Shown here in pieces: positions 56,928 to 64,000 of a stretch of DNA of 64,000 nt. The notes under the pieces were generated by a model, which saw only the letters and a program-made list of their open reading frames with translations, made no database searches and was not told where the DNA came from. The stretch covers positions 1,524 through 65,523 of the forward strand of contig JBDSDD010000049.1 of the NCBI GenBank assembly GCA_039920745.1, in the 5' to 3' direction. This DNA comes from Burkholderiaceae bacterium (GTDB taxonomy: Bacteria; Pseudomonadota; Gammaproteobacteria; Burkholderiales; Burkholderiaceae_C). The position numbers and the translations under genes are program-made. Every line of letters starts with the position of its first letter. The first letter of the stretch is position 1.

Positions 56928-57935
56928 ATGGCAACCATCAAAGACGTCGCAAAGCTGGCCGGCGTGGGCGTGGGAACCGCCTCGCGCGTGATCAGCGGCA
57001 AGGGCTCGTTTTCGCAGTCGGCGGCGACGCGCGTGGAAGCGGCCGCGCGTCAGCTCGGGTTCCGCCCGAGCGCGATCGCACGTGCCCTTTCACTTCAGTC
57101 GACCGGCACCATCGGCGTCTTCGTGCCTGATTTCAAGGGCCCGTTCTACGGCCCGCTGCTCGATGCGATCGATGCCGAGCTGCGCCTGCATGACCGCCAC
57201 ATGGTCGCTGCCAACGGCTGCGGCAACGAGGACACCCGCCAGCAGTCCCTGGACGGCGTGCGCTTCCTGATCGAGCGCGAGTGCGACGGCATCATCCTGT
57301 GCAGCACCGCACTGCGCGACGCCGACTTCGCCGCCCTGCGTGACGACTTCGCCAACCTGGCGATCGTCAACCGCGACGTCAAGGGCATGAAGACGCACTG
57401 CTTCACCGTGGACCACCGCGCCGCCGGCCGCGCCGCAGCCGACGCGCTGATCGCGCACGGCCACAAGCGCATCGCGGTCATCGCCGGGCCCGCAGGCGTC
57501 GGTGACAACAAGCAGCGCCTGCAAGGCCTGTTCGACCGCCTCGCCGAGGCCGGCATCGCGATGGAGTCGGTGCTGGTGGAGGAAGGCGACTTCAGCGCGC
57601 CCTCGGGCTGGGCCGCGTGCGAGCGCCTGGTCGCACGCAAGCCGAAGATCACCGCGCTGTTCTGTGCCAACGACCAGATGGCGATGGGCGCGATCAGCTA
57701 CCTCGGCCACCACGGCATCCGCGTGCCGCAGCAGTGGTCGGTGATGGGCTACGACGACTCCGACGTCGCCGCGTTCCTGTCGCCGCGGCTGACCAGCGTG
57801 CGCATCCCGATCGCCGAAATGGCGCTCAACGCCTGCCGCCAGTTGCTCAACACGCGCTTCGGCTCCGAGCTCGCCGTATCGCGCAAGTTCGTGCCGACGG
57901 TGGTGATGCGAGACTCGCTGGCGAAGGCGCCCTGA
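56928..57935 (+). CDS. LacI-family transcriptional regulator
   Basis: ATIKDVAKLAGVGVGTASRVI HTH; FCANDQMA.G; SVMGYDD. Confidence 0.95.
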   Translation: MATIKDVAKLAGVGVGTASRVISGKGSFSQSAATRVEAAARQLGFRPSAIARALSLQSTGTIGVFVPDFKGPFYGPLLDAIDAELRLHDRHMVAANGCGNEDTRQQSLDGVRFLIERECDGIILCSTALRDADFAALRDDFANLAIVNRDVKGMKTHCFTVDHRAAGRAAADALIAHGHKRIAVIAGPAGVGDNKQRLQGLFDRLAEAGIAMESVLVEEGDFSAPSGWAACERLVARKPKITALFCANDQMAMGAISYLGHHGIRVPQQWSVMGYDDSDVAAFLSPRLTSVRIPIAEMALNACRQLLNTRFGSELAVSRKFVPTVVMRDSLAKAP

Positions 57936-57968
57936 GCGGCCCTTCAGCCGGCCCAGGGTGCGCAGCGA

Positions 57969-58586
57969 TCAGCGGTCGATCGCGTCGCCGACGTTGAGCG
58001 TCAGCTCCGCGCGCTGCGCCGGCGTCTTCTTCTTCCAGTCCGCCAGGCCGTCGGCTTGCGCGTTGGCGAAGCTGATGCTGGACTTCCTGTCGTATTCGTC
58101 GGCAGCGGCCGTCTTCTCGACAAAACGCGTGATCGACACCCACTCCGGGAAGTCCTTGTTGGCCACCGAGAAGTCGGACGGGCCCGTCGGGCGAATCGGG
58201 CGCAGCTGCATGCCTTGCGCATAGATGAAGCGCAGCAGCACGTAGTAGCGCTTGCCCGCGACCACGTCGGCTTCCAGGATGTGTGCGCTGCCACCACCCG
58301 GGTTGCTCGCGAAGACATGGTGGCCTGGCGTGACGAGCTGCACCGACTTGGTGTGCGACGCCAACTCGGCCAGCAGCGTGCGCTCCGAGCCGTTGACCTC
58401 GTACAGGCCGACCGGGAAAGCACCCTGGATCGCGTTGATCGGATCGAGAAAGACGATCTGCGCCTTGTCGGCCGGCGCTGGCGTCAGCGGTGCGCTGGAG
58501 TCGGTGAACAGCGGCGCGGGCGGCGGTCCCGAGGCACAGCCGGCGAGCACGATGGCGGTCAAGGTCAGCAGGGAGCGAAGCTTCAT
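57969..58586 (-). CDS. Hypothetical lipoprotein
   Basis: MKLRSLLTLTAIVLAGC lipobox; ADVVAGKRYYV resembles DUF2846-type lipoproteins. Confidence 0.8.
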   Translation of the reverse strand: MKLRSLLTLTAIVLAGCASGPPPAPLFTDSSAPLTPAPADKAQIVFLDPINAIQGAFPVGLYEVNGSERTLLAELASHTKSVQLVTPGHHVFASNPGGGSAHILEADVVAGKRYYVLLRFIYAQGMQLRPIRPTGPSDFSVANKDFPEWVSITRFVEKTAAADEYDRKSSISFANAQADGLADWKKKTPAQRAELTLNVGDAIDR

Positions 58587-58832
58587 GAGCGGGATTTTCC
58601 GTACGTGAGAGTACCCATCGGCATCGATGAGGCTCCGGATTTTAGGCCGTGCAACCCCGGCCGACACGCCTGCCCGTCAGAATGAAACTCGGTATTGCCA
58701 GCTGCCCAGGGCAGCCCCAGTGAGTTGATCCTGCCGAACCGCGTCAAGCCGCCCCCCGCGAATGACGAAGGCCTCGTCGGCCCACGCGCGCGGTAACGGC
58801 GCTACGATCGCCGGACCTTCAAGGAGCCCCGC

Positions 58833-59888
58833 ATGACCCGCTACGCCAACATCCTCGAAACCATCGGCCGCACGCCCGTCGTGCGCATCAACAAGCTGGC
58901 GCCCGAAGGCATCGAGCTGTGGGTCAAGGTCGAGTCCTTCAACCCGCTCGGCTCGGTCAAGGACCGGCTCGCGCTGGGCGTGATCGAGGCCGCGGAAAAG
59001 AGCGGCGAGCTCAAGCCCGGCCAGACCGTCGTCGAGGCCACCAGCGGCAACACGGGCATCGGCCTGGCGATGGTCTGCGCACAGAAGGGCTACCCGCTGG
59101 TGGTGACGATGGCCGAGAGCTTCAGCGTCGAGCGCCGCCGCCTGATGCGCTTCCTGGGCGCCAAGGTCATCCTCACGCCGGCCGCCGAACGCGGCACGGG
59201 CATGGTGAAGAAGGCCGCGGAACTGGCTGCCGCGAATGGCTGGTTCCTGACGCGCCAGTTCGAGAACGAGGCCAACGCCGACATGCACTCGCGCACCACC
59301 GCGCGCGAGATCGTCGACGACTTCGCGGGCAAGCGGCTCGACTACTGGGTCACGGGCTTCGGCACCGGCGGCACGCTGCGCGGCGTCTCGCGCGTGCTCG
59401 CGCAGGAGCGCCCCGACACGAAGATCGTCGTCTGCGAGCCCTCGGACGCGCCGATGCTCACCAGCGGCCTGCCGCAGGTTCTCGAGCCGGATGGCAGCGC
59501 CACGACCAGCCACCCCTCATGGAAGCCGCACCCGCTGCAGGGCTGGAGCCCCGACTTCATCGGCAAGCTCACGCGCGACGCCGTCGCCTCCGACCTGATC
59601 GAGCGCGTCGTCACCGTCAGCGGCGCGGACGCGATGCACTGGAGCCGGCAACTCGCCCAGAAGGAAGGGCTGTTCGTCGGGACGTCCAGCGGCGCGACCT
59701 TCGCTGGCGCACTGGAGGTCTGCAAGGCCGCGGCTGCGGGCTCGGTGGTGCTGTGCATGCTGCCCGACACCGGCGAACGCTATCTCAGCACGCCGCTGTT
59801 CGCCGACGTGGCAGTGGACATGAACGAGGACGAGCTCGCGATCATGCGCTCGACACCGGGCAGCCAGCTCGCACCAAAGGCGGCGTGA
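58833..59888 (+). CDS. cysK: Cysteine synthase A
   Basis: IGRTPVVR, KVESFNPLGSVKDR, ATSGNTG, GTGGT, DTGERYLST. Confidence 0.93.
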   Translation: MTRYANILETIGRTPVVRINKLAPEGIELWVKVESFNPLGSVKDRLALGVIEAAEKSGELKPGQTVVEATSGNTGIGLAMVCAQKGYPLVVTMAESFSVERRRLMRFLGAKVILTPAAERGTGMVKKAAELAAANGWFLTRQFENEANADMHSRTTAREIVDDFAGKRLDYWVTGFGTGGTLRGVSRVLAQERPDTKIVVCEPSDAPMLTSGLPQVLEPDGSATTSHPSWKPHPLQGWSPDFIGKLTRDAVASDLIERVVTVSGADAMHWSRQLAQKEGLFVGTSSGATFAGALEVCKAAAAGSVVLCMLPDTGERYLSTPLFADVAVDMNEDELAIMRSTPGSQLAPKAA

Positions 59889-59925
59889 TCGAGTACGGGC
59901 CGAGGCGCAGCGGGCGAAGCGGCCT

Positions 59926-61416
59926 TCAGTGCCGCTGCACGGTCTTGTAGATGCCGCAGCCCAGCACGAGGTTGTCGCTCACCGGCACCACGAAGGATGT
60001 CTTCGGCGCGACCAGGTTGGTAGCCGGATTGAGGAAGTCGTAGTCGACCCAGCCGCCGCCCTTGCCGGCCGCGGCCCACACGTCGTGCGTCAGCTGCGAC
60101 ACGTCGGTGCCCAGGATCTGCGCGGCCGTCTTGCGCAGGTTGTGCGGCTTGCCGGCGAACGCGTGATAGACCAGGGCGCGATCCCAGGCGAACACGTACA
60201 TGTCGCGATCGGCGAAACCGTTGGCGACGTCGGTGATCTCGCTCAGGCACGCGCCGCCGCGCCGCTTGTAAAGTGCAACGGCCTTGGTCACCAGCGCATG
60301 CGCCTCGTCGGCCGTACCCTGGCGCAGGCGGAACGTGCTCACGGTGAGCGCGAGCTTGTTGGCGCGCAGGCCCAGGCCAGAGGACGCCGACGAGGTCTGC
60401 TCGACCATCGTCGCGTTCTCCTGCGTGATGTCGTCAAGGCCGCGGATGGCCTCCGACATCTGGCTCAGGCTGTTGCTCTGCATCTCGGCTACCGACGTGA
60501 TCGCGCGCACGTTGCCCGCCACCTCGCCGATGCCCGCGACCACGCTGGCCAACAGCTCGCCGACCTCATCGATGCGCGACGCGCCCGAGGCCACCTGCTC
60601 GCTGGACGTCGCGATCAGCGACTTGATCTCACGCGCCGCGCCACTGCTGCGCAGGGCCAGCGAGCGCACCTCGGCGGCGACCACGGCGAAGCCGCGGCCC
60701 TGCTCGCCCGCGCGCGCGGCCTCCACCGCGGCGTTGAGCGCGAGGATGTTGGTCTGGAAAGCGATGCCGTCGATCACGCCGATGATGTCGTGCACGCGCT
60801 GCGAGCTCGTGCGGATCGCGTGCATGGTCTCGACGGCCTCGCGCATGCGACCACCGCCCGATTCGGCCATCTGGTGCACGCGGCTCGCGAGCTGCTCCAC
60901 GGCGCGCGCGTCGAGGGCGTTCTGCTTGACCGAGCCGCTGAGATCCTGCACGCTGGCCGAAGTCTGCTCCAGGCTCGCGGCTTGGCGCTCGGTGCGTTGC
61001 GCGAGCTCGGAGGTGCCGGCGGCCAGCGACTCGCTGGCCTGCGACACGAAGGTCGCCTCGCTGCGGATGTCGGCCACCAGCGCCGACATGTTGGCGTTCA
61101 TGTCGTCCAGCGACGCGGCGATGGCGCCGAACTCGTCGCGGCTCTTCATGTCGATGCGGCGCGACAGGTCCCCGTTCTTCATGGCGCTCACGCTGGCCTG
61201 CAGCGGCTGCAGCGAGCGCGCCAAGTAGCGTTGGAGCGACAGGCTCAGCGCCGCTGCTGTCGCGCCCAGCACGACGCAGGCGATCGCAACGACCGAGAAG
61301 CCTTCGAGCTGCACCAGGCGCACACCGGCGCACAGCGCCAGCGCGAGGCAGACGGCGCCCAGCAGCGCGATCCGGTGACGCACGGAGGCACTTGCAGCGA
61401 TATTGACCTGATCCAT
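59926..61416 (-). CDS. Methyl-accepting chemotaxis protein with a C-terminal Cache-like domain
   Basis: Two closely spaced TMs, HAMP, IAFQTNILALNAAVEAARAGEQGRGFAVVA; C-terminal F.DRDMYVF...GGWVDYDF.NP...PK..FV...GCG.Y. Confidence 0.9.
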   Translation of the reverse strand: MDQVNIAASASVRHRIALLGAVCLALALCAGVRLVQLEGFSVVAIACVVLGATAAALSLSLQRYLARSLQPLQASVSAMKNGDLSRRIDMKSRDEFGAIAASLDDMNANMSALVADIRSEATFVSQASESLAAGTSELAQRTERQAASLEQTSASVQDLSGSVKQNALDARAVEQLASRVHQMAESGGGRMREAVETMHAIRTSSQRVHDIIGVIDGIAFQTNILALNAAVEAARAGEQGRGFAVVAAEVRSLALRSSGAAREIKSLIATSSEQVASGASRIDEVGELLASVVAGIGEVAGNVRAITSVAEMQSNSLSQMSEAIRGLDDITQENATMVEQTSSASSGLGLRANKLALTVSTFRLRQGTADEAHALVTKAVALYKRRGGACLSEITDVANGFADRDMYVFAWDRALVYHAFAGKPHNLRKTAAQILGTDVSQLTHDVWAAAGKGGGWVDYDFLNPATNLVAPKTSFVVPVSDNLVLGCGIYKTVQRH

Positions 61417-61554
61417 CCCTGTTTTCCTTGCGCGGTCGCACGGGCCGCTCCACTGCTCGGGATGTTAGCCAGCGCCGCCGACGATCAAGCGATCAACAAC
61501 GCCCCCAACAACCCGCTTTTCTTGCCCATCCGCAGGGCCGGATACAGTGCCGCC

Positions 61555-62184
61555 ATGCGCACGCTTGCCCTGTCTCGCCTCGGCCTGCGCTGGCCCGACG
61601 GCACCGCCCTGTTCGACGATCTCCACCTGGACGTCGGCGCCGGCCTGACGCTGCTCCAGGGCGACAGCGGCAGTGGCAAGTCGACGCTGCTGCGCGTGAT
61701 CGCCGGCGAACTCCCCGCCAGCGGGCGCGTCACGCTGGGCGGGCGCACGCGAGAGGAGGACCCCGCGGCCTGGGCGCGCGACGTGGCTTTCGTCGACGCC
61801 GATGACGAGCGACTGGACGCGCTCACGCCCGACAGCGTCCTGGCGCGGTTGAGCAGACGCCACGGCGCGATTGCCGACACCGACTGGCAGCGCCACGTCG
61901 ACGCCTTCGGCCTGCGCCCGCATCTTGCCAAGGCGATGTGCCAGCTGTCCGCAGGCTCGCGTCGCAAGGTCGTGCTGGCGGCGCTGCTCGCCGTGCGCCC
62001 CGCGCTGACCCTGCTCGACGAGCCGGGTGCCGGGCTGGATGCCGCGTCGCTGCGCCACCTGCGCCTGGCGCTGGCCGAGGCCAACGGCGACCCGACGCGA
62101 GCATGGCTGCTCGTCGCCAGCTTCGGCCTGGACGCACTGGCCTGCAACGCGACCGTGGTTCTGCCGTCGCGGATCAGCGCCTGA
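61555..62184 (+). CDS. Stand-alone ABC ATPase, degenerate motifs
   Basis: Walker A GDSGSGKS, signature LSAGS, Walker B LLDEP; usual H-loop His replaced (VASF). Confidence 0.7.
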   Translation: MRTLALSRLGLRWPDGTALFDDLHLDVGAGLTLLQGDSGSGKSTLLRVIAGELPASGRVTLGGRTREEDPAAWARDVAFVDADDERLDALTPDSVLARLSRRHGAIADTDWQRHVDAFGLRPHLAKAMCQLSAGSRRKVVLAALLAVRPALTLLDEPGAGLDAASLRHLRLALAEANGDPTRAWLLVASFGLDALACNATVVLPSRISA

Positions 62185-62201
62185 ATCCAGGCGCTGATCC
62201 G
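62170..62201. repeat. Perfect 14-bp-stem hairpin over the ATPase stop codon
   Basis: CGGATCAGCGCCTG-AATC-CAGGCGCTGATCCG; no T tail. Confidence 0.6.
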
Positions 62202-62267
62202 GCGCTCGCACGCCGCGTCGGCTCCTAGACTCGGCGTGCGCGAAGGTCTTGCGCCTAAGGATCCAGC

Positions 62268-62738
62268 ATGCCCACGATCAGCCCCACGCTCACCCTGCCC
62301 CAGCCCACCCTGTCGCCTGCCGCGTCGACGAAGGCCGCCGCCCCGGCGCCCGCCGGCGCGCCGACGACGCCCGTCGCGGTGACCAAGGCCCCTGAGCCCA
62401 GCACGACGGTGACGCTGAGCCCGCAGGCGATGAGCGCGATGGCCGCTGCGGCAAATCCGTCGCCTTCGCCTGCGTCGTCGAACACAGCCAGCGGTGCGGC
62501 GCCAATGCCCGCCCCCGCCGCGCACGACAGCTCCGTCTACGAATCGCTCAAGAACGGCATCTCCACAGCGGTCACCGATGTCGGCGACGCGATCGTGGAC
62601 GGCGCGCATGCGGTCGTCGACGGCGTCGAGACCACGCTGTCCACCGCCAACAAGGTGGCCAAGGGCATCGTCGAGTTCCCTTTCGCGGCCATGTCCAAGG
62701 CCAGCGACGCCGTTGGCGCGCTCATCGACAAGCTCTGA
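62268..62738 (+). CDS. Hypothetical protein, Pro/Ala/Thr-rich N-terminus, amphipathic C-terminus
   Basis: AAGGA RBS; STTVTLSPQAM motif; C-terminal 11-period segments GISTAVTDVGD/AIVDGAHAVVD/GVETTLSTANK. Confidence 0.8.
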   Translation: MPTISPTLTLPQPTLSPAASTKAAAPAPAGAPTTPVAVTKAPEPSTTVTLSPQAMSAMAAAANPSPSPASSNTASGAAPMPAPAAHDSSVYESLKNGISTAVTDVGDAIVDGAHAVVDGVETTLSTANKVAKGIVEFPFAAMSKASDAVGALIDKL

Positions 62739-62877
62739 TCCAACTGGTGCGCCCCCCTTGGGCACGTCCCCGCGAGGCACGCGCTGAGTGCAGTTCAACG
62801 GCGACGATGTACTCGCACCCGTCACCGCCGGCATCGTCCTCGACACCCCGCTGAGCCAGCATGCCAGTAGCCGGTTG

Positions 62878-63252
62878 CTACACCCGACGCGGCACGCGTT
62901 GCGCCGGGTCGTAGAAGAACGTCTCCTCGGCAATGCGTTCGCCCTCCCAGCGCTGCCACGCGAGCTCCTCCATGTGCGTGACGCTGCCGTCGCGCCACTC
63001 GAAGTGGAAGATCCAGCGGATGACCACATGGTCGCCGTTGACCAGCACTGGCCGCACGCAGGTCGACGTGATCGTCTCGGCGCGCGCCATCACGTTGCGC
63101 TCGTTGTCGACGTGCGCGGCGCGTCCGATGCGGGGCTTGCCCTGGTTCTCCTGCATCGTCGAGTTCTCGCTGTAGAACTGGTCGCAGGCGACGTCGTGCG
63201 CGTTGGTCTCGACGAGCGCGATGAAGCGCTCCAGCGTATCGGAAGTGGGCAT
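62878..63252 (-). CDS. SnoaL/NTF2-like protein
   Basis: LERFIALVE...FY.ENSTMQEN...R.G...GDHVVIRW.F.F...EELAWQRWEGERI.EE.FFYDP. Confidence 0.85.
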   Translation of the reverse strand: MPTSDTLERFIALVETNAHDVACDQFYSENSTMQENQGKPRIGRAAHVDNERNVMARAETITSTCVRPVLVNGDHVVIRWIFHFEWRDGSVTHMEELAWQRWEGERIAEETFFYDPAQRVPRRV

Positions 63253-63322
63253 GGGAGTGATCTCTCGCAGAATGACTCGCGCGATGGTGTCACAGCCCGC
63301 CAAGCCCCACTGTCGCGGTGGA

Positions 63323-63730
63323 TCACATCCCGATCGGCTTCAACAGGGTCGCGATCACCGCGTGCTGGTACGACGTGATCTCCCACGGATTGCCGTCCGG
63401 GTCATCGAAGTACAGCGACCATGACAACTGGTGATCCTCGGCCTCCACCGGCCGCTTGAGCTTGTCGACCAGGTGCTGGCGCCAGGCGATGAATTCCTCG
63501 GCGCCGACCGACAGTGCGATGACGCTGCGGCACGCCTGCAGCGGCGCCTCGAACAGCGCGATGTGCACGGTGCCCGACGAGTTGGTCAGCGTCAGCGGGC
63601 CTTCTTCAGCCCACGACTCCAACTCGCGCACGCGAGAGAAGCCCATCACGTCGGCGTACCACTGCTCCGACTTGTTGCGGTTGGTGGCGTAGAGGTGGAT
63701 GTGGTCGATGCGGTCGAAGGCGGGAATCAT
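63323..63730 (-). CDS. VOC/glyoxalase-family protein
   Basis: IDHIHLY...WYADVMGF...HIALFE...SLYFDDPDGNPWEIT. Confidence 0.88.
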   Translation of the reverse strand: MIPAFDRIDHIHLYATNRNKSEQWYADVMGFSRVRELESWAEEGPLTLTNSSGTVHIALFEAPLQACRSVIALSVGAEEFIAWRQHLVDKLKRPVEAEDHQLSWSLYFDDPDGNPWEITSYQHAVIATLLKPIGM

Positions 63731-63862
63731 GGTGTCTTGTCGAATTGGCGGCGCCGATCAGCGGCAGCAGCAAATGCCGAGCCTGCAAGCGGTGGGTAAG
63801 CACGGCCCCAAGGCCCTCTCCGACCGATGGTGGTGCCCTTGCTTGGGCAACGGCTTGCTGCC

Positions 63863-64000
63863 GGCGGACATTCGGTTCGTCCGCCAATACCGAAAGCCGC
63901 GATAACCGACCGGGCATCTCAAATCGATAACCAGAAGCTGTCGTTGGAGGTGCAATGCCCGTCCGCATACCCAAGCGCTCTGCCTTTAGTCCGCTGTGGA
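63863..64000 (+). repeat. Cluster of GTCCGC/GCGGAC repeat units running off the window end
   Basis: Hairpin GGCGGAC-9nt-GTCCGCC (63863-63885); GTCCGC at 63879, 63961 and 63989; CCGAAAGC shared with copy A at 47222. Confidence 0.55.

Overview
GC-rich chromosomal window, by gene content probably from a Burkholderiales betaproteobacterium (inference). It opens inside a class II lanthipeptide synthetase gene (lanM, 5' end outside the window) followed by a peptidase-less ABC exporter. Next come an ice-binding-domain lipoprotein/OmpA pair, two nucleotide/DNA-scavenging genes (cpdB, ExeM-like nuclease) each preceded by 11-bp-period PHO-box-like repeats, and a TetR-controlled SDR plus esterase/Baeyer-Villiger monooxygenase fusion operon with a readable promoter and operator. 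Further on are a GH43-GH39-GH5 cluster, dps-bfr-bfd with a Fur box, a LacI-controlled GH1/sugar ABC operon, cysK and an MCP with a C-terminal Cache domain. Two accessory patches (about 46.4-49.3 kb and 63.3-64 kb) carry a frameshifted deacetylase remnant, small orphan genes and a degenerate repeat family (TGGCCGACTGCGGA / GTCCGC...GCGGAC) that brackets genes like cassette boundaries. Two unannotated proteins (45760, 62268) share an FlgM-like VxLS motif and 11-residue amphipathic repeats. I found no tRNA, rRNA, CRISPR array, transposase or integrase. All family calls come from motif recognition by eye; no database searches were run.
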